Origin: Lingula anatina
Lineage: Eukaryota; Animalia; Brachiopoda
Length of the DNA: 64,000 nt
Reading direction: 5' to 3'
Assembly (NCBI GenBank): GCA_051362555.1
Contig: CM120640.1
Location: 22,616,225-22,680,224, forward strand
Both the position numbers and the translations under genes were made by a program. Below, in pieces: positions 1-17,392 of this stretch. Numbering within the stretch: the stretch's first letter is position 1; each line of letters opens with the position of its first letter. The notes beneath the pieces were generated by a model that worked only from the letters and a program-made list of their open reading frames with translations, made no database searches and was not told the DNA's origin.

Positions 1-126
1 GACATGCAAGGATTGAATATGCTAAGTATTGATGAAATGAGACATCGTTTGCACCAATAGAAATTGATTTACCAGTAAGATTTGGCTGTAAAGTTGCCTC
101 TATGTTGTTTCTGAAATCTTTTTAAG

Positions 127-527
127 GCACAGCCAACACCACAGGGAAAGGAGAAATTAACCAATAACAGCAAAAATAAAGGGCAAAAAAGAACCAGATC
201 GGTTATAGATCAGGTAAAGACTGGCTAATGAAGGTTTCATTCTGCACTTCCTTTTGCAACTTTTAACCATGTTGTGACATGTATATATGCAACTTGCTAT
301 ATAAAGTTAAATATACATTTGTTTTATATCTATGGTATTGGTGTTAGGGAATAATAAACCAAGAGCTGGTTGCCTGTAATGAAACATTAAGTTTGAATTT
401 AATTTGCTTTACTTTCATTATTTTTTAGGAAGAATTTGAACTTGCAAGTGTAGATGGTTGTTTGGAAGATACATCACAGAGGAAAAAGAGAAAAAGCAGT
501 GTTGTCTCTAAGGCAATTCGCGTATAA
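127..527 (+). CDS. Last two coding exons of an unidentified gene entering from the left (basic C-terminus with NLS-like RKKRK)
   Basis: Exon 127-213 (tttaag|GCA...CAG|gtaaag) encodes AQPTPQGKEKLTNNSKNKGQKRTRSVIDQ. Exon 429-527 (ttttag|GAA...TAA) encodes EEFELASVDGCLEDTSQRKKRKSSVVSKAIRV*. Both junctions are phase 0 and the frame is open. AATAAA at 1067-1072. Confidence 0.6.
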
Positions 528-2281
528 GTTCAGCAGTTTCACTTTTTTCACTTGCTTCACTGGTTTGGATCAACAAAAAACAAATGACGGTGCTTATGAA
601 AAGTGTTTGAATATTTAAAACGTCTTGAGAAAATTAGGATCATTTTCTGTGTTATCGCTAACTATACCCTGTATATAGTAGTAGCTTTAAATAATAGGTA
701 CATTTAATATATTCCGCAGGGTGTAGTTTTTATAAGAAATTATTGTTATGTTGAAAATTGTTTTTACACACTTTTAATATATGTGATACATGAAGTGAAC
801 TTGTACGTTTTCTTTCATGTTATATTCAAAACAAGTCTCATTAATGAGATAGCTCAGCACAACTGTGATTTTGTACATCCACCAGCTTATATTTATTGTA
901 TTCATGCGTTACAATGTTCACTTTATTCATGCCCAACTACACATTTTATTACTGAGATTACACCTTGTTATTTGATGCCATAACTTGTTAAAGTTTTATA
1001 GTTTACCAATACAGTTTTTTTTTGGTATTATTATAAAGTTATAGAAAATATATTAGACCGTACACCAATAAATATGTTTATCACTAGCGCAAGGCTATCC
1101 GATTTTCTTGGTGGTGGTATTGGATGCATTTTAATGCCAGTCACTTTATAGCAATCCACTCGAATAAGCTGTGTGAAATTTCAGCTGTTACAGTCAGCAG
1201 TCCCTTATTATTAAAAAATGTAAGTAAGAAAACTAAGAAAAAATGTAAGAAAGACAAAACGGAAAAGCCAAAACTGCATGAAAAGTTATCAAAAACTATT
1301 TTAGTTAACTTTGCCTGGATGGGTTAACGCAGCGCCAATACTTTCGACCTCGGTGCTTTAGATCGAAACACCAAATTATTTTTGGTCTCATTAAAACACC
1401 GATATTGTATGTCGAGCAAACATTTCTAACTTTGATTGTTTAGAAAATGTCCAGTAAGAATGTACATTCCGCACCGAAAAAATAACGAGTTTGTTCAATG
1501 TCAGGAAATTTTTGCCTGTCAAAACACCGGGAGTGCTCAAAATATTGATTGTCAATTTGACAGCTGTTACCTACGCTTATGATACAATGAGGTGCAATCA
1601 GCCGGTGCTTATTTTCAATCTTATCTTCGATTACACATTATGATATTTATCAAAATCATTATCGACATTGCATTTGCCCAATGTGCTTGAATGTAATTAG
1701 ATCGTTTATAAATCCTAAAGATGGCGACAATTAAAATGTGTTTATTTGTGCCCAGATAGACGTCTAGGGGTACTTTATTTACTGTATGGAATATTTTCTG
1801 ATTAAATAGGTTTTAACCACGATTACTCCCTCCACTTTAATTGACCGTTTACTTAAATGCAACATATGGGCAAGTTTTGCAAACAAAAATATATCCGAAA
1901 TGTGCGTGTTGCGAGAGAGCAGTCATTCTTAGACCCTGAAGTTCGGGTTTCACCTTCAAGTTTAAATCTCTACGCCCATTATTACCGCAACTTAAGGAGC
2001 GGCGTTAAAAAAAGCAAAGTCACGCAGGTACAGCTAAACAAACAAAGGTGTTTTATTATCTTTAAATAAGCTTTCCTATTGAAACAATGAAATACACTAA
2101 TATTCCTATGTAATTAAAACGAGTAATAGAAAACTTGTGATCATCGATATCATTTGTGCAAAAAGTCTTGATATGAAATGTCCAATAGATGAGATGATAT
2201 TATCAATAATTGATAAATAAAAATATCAACTTTAAAAATATCTCATCTTATGGCAGATCGAAAAACTAGGCCCATGCTACC

Positions 2282-3511
2282 TTACAAGTAAATAACGGGT
2301 TTTGTGATGCGCGTCGGTGTCGGCACTGAATGGTGCCGTGGTCGCCCTTTACTAGATGTAGAATTATCGTCGCTACTGGTACTATGTTCTGTATTATCTG
2401 TGTGCAGTGATGATACAGGGCGTGGGTCTAAAGACAGTTTTCGAGGTCGCCTACTTTTCACACTACTACCTGAAGCCCCATACCTAGTATTACAATAGTC
2501 ACGAAACTTATCTTCATAAGTGAAAACATTGCAATAGTTTTCATCAGTTCCGCCTTTGTCAAAAGACTGATGCCGTGATTGTGATCGGAAATAAGTTGTC
2601 GGTTCATCAAATACATCAGTGTCATTGAAAAAATCGGATAATGTATCAGAAATAGGGTCCAATGCTGGTTCACTACTTGAGCTCCACCGTCCACTGTCAT
2701 GGCTTTCAGAAAGACTAAGAGCGTCGTCTGATTTACCTCGCTTCGATATTGGCTTTTGTCGTCTCAAAGTCGAACCTCGGCCATTTTTCTTTGCAGATAC
2801 TATAAAAATGCCGTTGCCATCAGGGTCTTCCAGCTCAAAAACGTCTTCACTTAGACGTATCAGTTTGTCTGGAAATTGCTTTTTTAATGTTACAATATCT
2901 GACACTTGGAACCGCAGACGCCCGCCGTTGGTAAGCACAGGATTCAAATATTGAGAATATTTTAATGCTAATTGAACCTCTAACCCCTTGGTCTTATATA
3001 GTGTGAAAAGGCAAAATCCGGGTTTACTGTATTGAACTGTCTTCCCTGTCAAAAGGCCGTAGAAATGAACCATCGCCTTGAAATCTTTGACAAACATATT
3101 GAAGCGGAGCAGCTCGTTGCCAAGATGAACTGACCCAAAAGACCACAATGGCCCTTCTGCTCCCGGCGATTCTTCGTAGAAATCCTGCCTCGCCACCACT
3201 CGAGGCTTCCCAGTTCTAACATTAGAAAGCTCGATTTTGTGATGAAATTTCCAAGATTTCAACTGATCTTTTGCAGAATCCAAATCTGGGTTGTTTTCGT
3301 GCAACATTAAGACCACACTCAATGCTGGCGTGTCAATGATACCCGGTGTGGTGCATTGACGATGTGGTCGCAAAGATCCCTCTACGTCCATTACTGAATG
3401 TGAGTCTTTCAAATGAATATGTTCAAAACTTGGATCCATAAGCATGACTAAGGATTCCAGTTTTTGTCGCGCTTTTTCGGAGCACGTTATCTCCAATACA
3501 CATTTCTCCAT
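2282..3511 (-). CDS. FAM124A: FAM124-family protein (FAM124A/B-like), single coding exon, 409 aa with a Ser-rich disordered C-terminus
   Basis: Motifs recalled from the FAM124 domain: PALSVVLMLHE, WKFHHKIEL, QDFY...PLWS..VH.G.E.LRF, FCLFTLY, VQLALK, LRFQVSD, DPDGN. Uninterrupted 1230-bp ORF. A vs B paralog cannot be resolved. Confidence 0.8.
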   Translation of the reverse strand: MEKCVLEITCSEKARQKLESLVMLMDPSFEHIHLKDSHSVMDVEGSLRPHRQCTTPGIIDTPALSVVLMLHENNPDLDSAKDQLKSWKFHHKIELSNVRTGKPRVVARQDFYEESPGAEGPLWSFGSVHLGNELLRFNMFVKDFKAMVHFYGLLTGKTVQYSKPGFCLFTLYKTKGLEVQLALKYSQYLNPVLTNGGRLRFQVSDIVTLKKQFPDKLIRLSEDVFELEDPDGNGIFIVSAKKNGRGSTLRRQKPISKRGKSDDALSLSESHDSGRWSSSSEPALDPISDTLSDFFNDTDVFDEPTTYFRSQSRHQSFDKGGTDENYCNVFTYEDKFRDYCNTRYGASGSSVKSRRPRKLSLDPRPVSSLHTDNTEHSTSSDDNSTSSKGRPRHHSVPTPTRITKPVIYL

Positions 3512-4690
3512 GTTGGACTGTTCTCAAGCACAAATGTTGCACTTTCCATCTATGGACAAAATCGCTGGCTTTATGCTGTTTTCATACCCAGTACTTTAGC
3601 TCACCTTTTCTTTGAGTTTACAGTACTCGCTTAAAGATCGTAATCTATTGACCCAATACGTTATTGTTACAAGTATGTAACTCGATCTACCTAAATGCCT
3701 TTGTATACAAACATGCATTATTCGATTCTGTCTGTATTATTTTCAAACTCCCAACAAAAAGAGCGGCATCGCCCACTTTGCTTTGTTGTTTGTTCATAAA
3801 TATTGCGAATAATAAATTCATATACAGCTCTAGGCCAAAGGAATGCCGACCCATAATTGAAAATTAGTATATGATTACAAGAAAGGCATCTGATACCAGC
3901 TGATGATGGTTTACCTGAAATCTGATCTATAAATATAAAGATCTATAGACTTGATAATATTGAAATAAAACGACGGATAAGATTTATCAGGTAGGCAGCA
4001 TAAGAGATAATGCTCATGGCTGTCTTTCTTATTATTTCAAAATAGGAAACCCTATATATATATACCATCAATAAGAATTAAATACTTTTTGCCCTTATCG
4101 ACAATTTATCTGCTTGGTCTCGCAGAACTACGGGGTTCAAAATGCACAAGTTACGTACTGTAAACATTTAGACTGATCATGGTCAGTGGTCAAATTCAGC
4201 AGAGTACAGAAGACGCTACATGTGTAGCTTTTACTCTACAGTCACACATACGGCGCACGGCGCAAACAATATCGGGTTTATAGATGATCTCTCGCAAAGT
4301 CATCTGAAGGCCTCCCGCGCTGTTTTATGTAATCATTAAGAAAATCTCAAGCGTTTCACAATATTTTGAATTAACACTTGAGGTTAAAAGTGGTGCGCAC
4401 ACGTATTAATGCATTTATTCTGCTTTTCTGACGTCAAGATTTGAAAACCGCTTGTCCTGTTTTAAGTATATTTTGATTTTTATTATTTGAAAACGTGTGA
4501 GTGTCGGTTGCTTGGCTTAATCTGCCCAGGGTTTTATTTGCACGTACTCAAGTGGTTTTACTTCGTTTGGTTTGTCCTTTCTTTCCATTTCGTTCTGTCC
4601 CTTTGAATTATTTACTTACCAACTCAGGTGCGGCGGGTAGGTGCACCTGGATTTAATGACATTATTGATAATTTACAAAACTGCAACCTG

Positions 4691-4731
4691 CCCGTGGGAC
4701 TATAATGTCGGCCCGTGGGCCTATAATGTCG
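4691..4731. repeat. Short tandem duplication, 21-bp unit x2
   Basis: cccgtgggactataatgtcgg followed by cccgtgggcctataatgtcg. Confidence 0.8.
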
Positions 4732-5057
4732 ACATAAGGAATGCTGATCGACAAAGAGAAATTTAGTTAAATACGCAAATAGCAGCTGAACATTGGGGCT
4801 CTCATATCTATAGCAATATACATGATCTTAAAACTGTGATTTCATCTCGATCCATCCAGCTACAATTTGAAAGACAAAAAAGACGAATTATTGGGGCAAA
4901 ATACTCCGTCACAACGAATTTTGATAGAATGTTTGTTACGTTTCTTTTTCTTTCTAATGTAAACATCGCTACGTTAGTTCCTTAAAAACGCCAAGTAGCG
5001 CCGTAGGAAGGCTTTTAGGTTGCGGATGACGTTTCCCCTATTAAATATATGTCATCA

Positions 5058-5338
5058 CAGTGGCGGATTTAGAGGAGGGGGGGTCAGGGGGGTCCTGACC
5101 CCTTTCGGTTTCTGAAAAATATATCACACCAATATTCCCCTCTTGAAATTTGAATTTTGACTAGCTAAATCATACTTCTAAACCGTACCAAAGGGCACTG
5201 TCTGCTCTCCAGAAAACCAAAAAATTTTCGGGGCCCTTGAGCAGGCCCCAAACCCCACACCAAGGGGGCGATGGTCGGCTTCGCATCCGAGGTCTGTCAT
5301 TCCGGACCCCCCTTCAAATAATCATGGATCCGCCCGTG
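5058..5338 (+). mobile_element. Non-autonomous DNA transposon with CAGTGGCGGAT...GATCCGCCCGTG ends (hAT-like termini), copy 1
   Basis: Imperfect terminal inverted repeats. The internal block ttgactagc...aaaccgtaccaaa(t/g)ggcac is shared with 9148-9278 and, inverted, with 39672-39967. No clean TSD. Confidence 0.7.
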
Positions 5339-5417
5339 TTAACAGTTTGATTGGTAAATAAGTCAGTCGACAAAATAAATAAAGAGACCAAGTGTGTTTT
5401 TCAGTCAGTAGTCAGTA

Positions 5418-5418
<1 letters not shown>

Positions 5419-5502
<84 letters not shown>
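5419..5502. repeat. (TA)n microsatellite
   Basis: Pure TA run of about 42 units. Confidence 0.98.
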
Positions 5503-5503
<1 letters not shown>

Positions 5504-5652
5504 CACAATGAAAATTTCAAAATGATATGATTCATACATTCAAACATTTATTTACTTAAATTAAAATTTTAGTCAGCAGGCCAATTCCCCTAACTGAGCA
5601 AAATGTATCGTAGCATGGCAGTAGACCTTATCGATTTTTAATTAATTAATTA

Positions 5653-5654
5653 AT

Positions 5655-5734
<80 letters not shown>

Positions 5735-5739
5735 TGTGT
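5653..5739. repeat. Compound (ATTT)n(TG)n microsatellite
   Basis: Directly visible. Confidence 0.95.
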
Positions 5740-5783
5740 AAGTAAAGCTGATTTTTCAAAATAATTTTCAAATAGGGGAAACG

Positions 5784-5949
5784 GGTGTAACATGAATGGA
5801 AGTCCTAGGAATGGAAGTCCGGACCCCCAATTATTAGTGCAGGTTAGGGTTAATTGGAGTATTGGGGTTAGTATATGGACGAATGTCAACGGTACAAAGT
5901 AATGGGAAGCGGACTATGATTCCTAGCGGACTCCCATTCCTGTTACACC
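5784..5949. mobile_element. MITE with GGTGTAACA-GAATGG-AGTCC terminal inverted repeats
   Basis: Left end ggtgtaacatgaatggaagtcc, right end ggactcccattcctgttacacc. Subterminal repeat gaatggaagtcc x2 and an internal ggttagggtta patch. Confidence 0.7.
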
Positions 5950-7894
5950 TGGGCTATATGTGTAGTAGGTCTAGTTAGACACTTTTGGCCTTGTAGAGTG
6001 TGATATGTGACATCGCATATTTGCACGACTTTGAGCATATGAAGGTATCACCACCGGGTTTATTGAACATTCGTGAACAGCTTCAGTAACAACTTCTCAC
6101 TTAGAACTATACCTGTTGTTATGCAAATAACAACCAGTCGTTCATCATAGTACAAGCTGTCTTCCCGAATGCTCACTTGGCAGTTAGACAGAGTCGGGTG
6201 TAGACGCAACAGTATGTGTGGTGCAGTCAGAAGGTCGAGCTTTTATAAGGCGTTGAAGCAAATGTATGTTTGTGAGTATCACTATTTCTTCATCAACCAC
6301 AGCCATTAAATACTAAAGGCGTAGAAGAATGGGAAAAAATACTTACGACAAATATTTATGACATGAATCCTTTTACTATATTTCCTTTGTTACTTGTATA
6401 TCACTCAGAATGGTAGAAGTTATTGCTTACAGTGCATTGGGATTCCAAAATGTTCAGATAAACGGCGCATTCATCTGACTTTTGATGATAACTTTAATTT
6501 GCTTAAAATCCTCTGCACTTTTTAACCCTCTGTTTGAACATTTTGGGTGCCTCGGCCTTGACAATTAATTTTGAATATTTTGACCTAATTTAAAATGTCG
6601 TGTGTTTTTAAACGTAAGTATTACCACCCAAATTCATTAATTGGATGATGCTTGTCACCGTTCTGAGCTTCTCATCCAAGAATTTCGAGTGCTCATTGCA
6701 CAATGATTGACAGATACATATTTTACACTGCCTGTCGTCCCCATTGTCCCGTGTGTTGTCCACCCATTACACGGTTCACTGTATGAAAATTTGTCATATA
6801 TGTGCAATATATTTGTTATAATTTTCGAAGAGAATTTGTAAATGATCTCTTTCTCTGAAATGCGTCAACCTGTACTACAGCACGCCTTATAACTTTTAAT
6901 ATCAAAAGGAATATATTTACGGTCGCATCAATAACCTCACCCACCCTGCAAATGAAACGGGTTGTGCTATCAATGTTACTTTTTTAACAAGAGGCCTCAA
7001 TTAGTTATATCATTTACTAATTTCAGGTCATAATTTTGGTTTTGCGCTTTGACTAGTTAATAAACGTGCACGCCATTCCATTTATACGTGCCCTCTGTCC
7101 TGTGATATTACATCCAATATTAGAATGTAGAGAGCCTGTCTGTTTAGTTCAAAGTTGTAAACATTATTTTATCTTTTCAGGAGCTTAACGAGATTCTGCA
7201 CAGCATCCGCCTGAAAGCAACCTATGAAGTCTAGCCTTTGTTTCACACACAGGAACCCACGATCCTTCGTACATCTATTATATGAAAAATCAATAAAAAA
7301 TTTGTAATTTGGCGTTTTATTTTTCATTTTGTTATGAAATTATTATGATAAGGATAGTAGTAATCATAATGGAAAATGAATTATTTTTAGTGTTTGAGGA
7401 CTTTCAAATTCAATCTGATCTGTAAATAATGTCAATGTTTATGTGGTTGACGGTTTTCTGTGGTACCTAAATTTTAAAAAGCTGTTTTAGCGCACTGAAA
7501 TAAAATATCTAAAATCGTTTCCGACCACCTACATTTTATAGTTCAAATTTATATAAATTTACAATCCTTGTTTTAAAAAAATTAACATGAGATTTTTGTT
7601 CTATAGCATGTGGAACTAATTTGTTTGGATTTAAATTTTCCAATATTTTCTTATATAGGGAGGGCCCCTTTTTGACGGGTTTTGTCATTTGCTATCGTGA
7701 ATTGTTTTTATATTTGGCGGCCTATTCTTAGTATAAATACTTAACTTGATATTTGAATGTAATAATGAAAATGTGGGGTGATTCTGACGTTAGCTTAAAT
7801 CAAGTTATTTCTTAAATTTTAATTTGATTTCTCTGGGTAAAACGGAACATTTTCTTCAGTTCCTGTTCTCTGAACCAAATTGGGATAATTACAA

Positions 7895-8715
7895 GACTCG
7901 CCCTACCGATCACCCCTTTTATGCAATGGATTCGCCTCACCTGTCACCCCTTAAATGCAATGGACTCGCCCCATCTGTCACCCCTTAAATGCAATGGACT
8001 CCCCCCACCTGTCACCCCTCTAATGCAATGGACTCGCCCCACCTGTCACCCCTCTATTGCAATGGACTCCCCCCACCTGTCACCCCTTTCATAATGGACT
8101 CGCCCCACCTGTCACCCCTCTAATGCAATGGACTCGCCCCACCTGTCACCCCTCTAATGCAATGGACTCGCCCCACCTGTCACCCCTCTAATGCAATGGA
8201 CTCCCCCCCACCTGTCACCCCTTTCATAATGGACTCCCCCCACCTGTCACCCCTCTAATGCAATGGACTCGCCCCACCTGTCACCCCTCTATTGCAATGG
8301 ACTCCCCCCACCTGTCACCCCTTTCATAATGGACTCCCCCCACCTGTCACCCCTCTAATGCAATGGACTCGCCCCACCTGTCACCCCTCTATTGCAATGG
8401 ACTCCCCCCACCTGTCACCCCTTTCATAATGGACTCCCCCCACCTGTCACCCCTCTAATGCAATGGACTCGCCCCACCTGTCACCCCTCTAATGCAATGG
8501 CCTCGCCCCACCTTTCACCCCTCTAAAGCAATGGACTCGCTCCACCTGTCACCCCTTTCATGTAATGGACTCGCCCCACCTGTCACCCCTTTCATGCAAT
8601 GGACTCGCCCCACCTGTCACCCCTCTAATGCAATGGACTTGCTCCACCTGTTACCCCTTTCATGCAATGGAATCGCCTAAATAACACCCCTTTAAGTAAA
8701 TGGAGTCGCCCAACC
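7895..8715. repeat. Minisatellite, 32-34 bp unit (ATGGACTCGCCCCACCTGTCACCCCTCTAATGCA), about 24 copies
   Basis: Head-to-tail units with no spacers, degenerate edges and a homogeneous core. Confidence 0.97.
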
Positions 8716-9147
8716 AGATTGAGTAGATTTTCTCCACAACTTGTCTATTAAATGACCGTGGCATACTATTCAACCTTACTTGCTTCAGTTAAATCTTTAC
8801 TGCTAAACCTTTTCACTACTCTTGTGTTAGCTGACCTTGTTCGCAATTTATTAGAATGAATTTTCTAAAATGAAGTTTAAAAAATCTATTCATTCATCAC
8901 AAACGCCAATCAACTATCAGGATTACTTGAAAACACCTTTTTAATAATTTTGATAAACTTTTTTACATGTTTGAAGTCTTTTTTTTATAGTTTTTATAAA
9001 GCTTTCCATCATGTCGGTAATTTGGGGTAGGCACCGACTGCCCGGGAGTTGTAAAAGCTTCATCGCTCTAGTCGTTGCCTAACCCCAACCCCAATTTGTA
9101 ATCAGCCACTAGGTGTGCAGTTAAGACAGCGTATGACGCTTTGTTCA

Positions 9148-9278
9148 TTGACTAGCTGAATCATAGTTCGAAACCGTACCAAATGGCACCGTTCGCCCTC
9201 TAAATTACCAAGAAATTTTAGGGCCCTTCAGCATCCGCGGACCCCCCCCCCCTTCAATTAATCCTGGATCCACCCCTG
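9148..9278 (+). mobile_element. Partial (right-end) copy of the CAGTGGCGGAT-family element
   Basis: Shares ttgactagct.aatcata.ttc.aaaccgtaccaaa and ends in ggatccacccctg, like 5058-5338. Confidence 0.65.
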
Positions 9279-9312
9279 CATCATGATGATTTATGAAACA
9301 TGATATAAGTTT

Positions 9313-9462
9313 TAAGAATGATGTGAATTTTTTTTTTCTTCAGTCAACAGCTAATATTGAGATAGGTTTTACCTCCAATATTTCGATAAAACCTATATAT
9401 AAAATAGGTAAAACCTATCTCAATATTAGCTGTTGACTGAAGAAAAATTCACATCATTCTTA
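9313..9462. repeat. Near-perfect long inverted repeat (about 57-62 bp arms, 31-bp loop)
   Basis: Arm 9313-9374 is the reverse complement of 9406-9462 except for poly-T length. Confidence 0.95.
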
Positions 9463-9609
9463 TTACTTAACACAGCTGATGAAATTCTTCTCTGACTTAC
9501 AAATGATATAGGACCTAAGTTTATTTACAGATTTGGAAAATGAACATTTTTCTGACCGTCTGCTGCGCTAATAAAAGTGAAAACAACTTGGCGAGTACCC
9601 TATTCTTTA

Positions 9610-9710
9610 CCCTCTACCAGGGTCGCAGATTAATTATGTGCACATGAATGAGCGATGAATTAGCCAGAGACATCTGTGAAAATCTAGTGAAAAAAAAACA
9701 ATCTGGCCCT
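9610..9710 (+). mobile_element. Truncated copy of the CCCTCTACCAG MITE
   Basis: ta|ccctctaccagggtcgcagattaattatgtgcac...ccagagacat.tgtgaa.atctagtgaaaaa..aatctg aligns with 36952-37070. Confidence 0.7.
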
Positions 9711-10224
9711 ATTCTTATTGGTCAAATCAACAATAAAAAAGAAAACGATGTTTACCAATGGATAACCAAAAAAGTTAAATGTAAGGTAAAAAGAATACGA
9801 AACCATTGACATTAATTTCGTCTCCTCTACGAGGCACATAATTAAAATGTGGTCATCTGGTTGTTCCGACTAATTTCCCTCCGAAAGTCTTTTATCAGAA
9901 TAGTGAAACGAAAATTTAGGCCTACGAACTCTCGCCAATTCAAAGGTCTGTTGGTCCTAAATGATAAATCTCAACATTTCTGCTTTTGATATATGCAATC
10001 ATGGTACATGTAAATATTCATATGCGTAATATTCAGATTTTTTTATGGGGGGGGGGGGGGGGGGGGGACAGTGAGCAGTCGGAATAAAAAGGCTTCCATC
10101 CAAAATACTTCTAGTCCCCCCCCCCCCCCCCAAAAAAAAAACTTTAAGCTGCTTGATGGGATTGTCTTGAATAGTGCGACCTATCGGCAATTTTCGTAAA
10201 CATAGGGAAGCATGAGGAACAAGC

Positions 10225-17392
<7,168 letters not shown>

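Noticed and set aside
2304-2954. Overlapping ORFs of 64-111 aa
   Set aside because: Antisense or alternative-frame shadows of the FAM124 CDS with no recognisable motifs
7895-8715. CRISPR array, or a coding repeat (ORF 8492-8680)
   Set aside because: The units are contiguous with no unique spacers, there are no cas genes and the context is eukaryotic; the ORF is a by-product of the repeat
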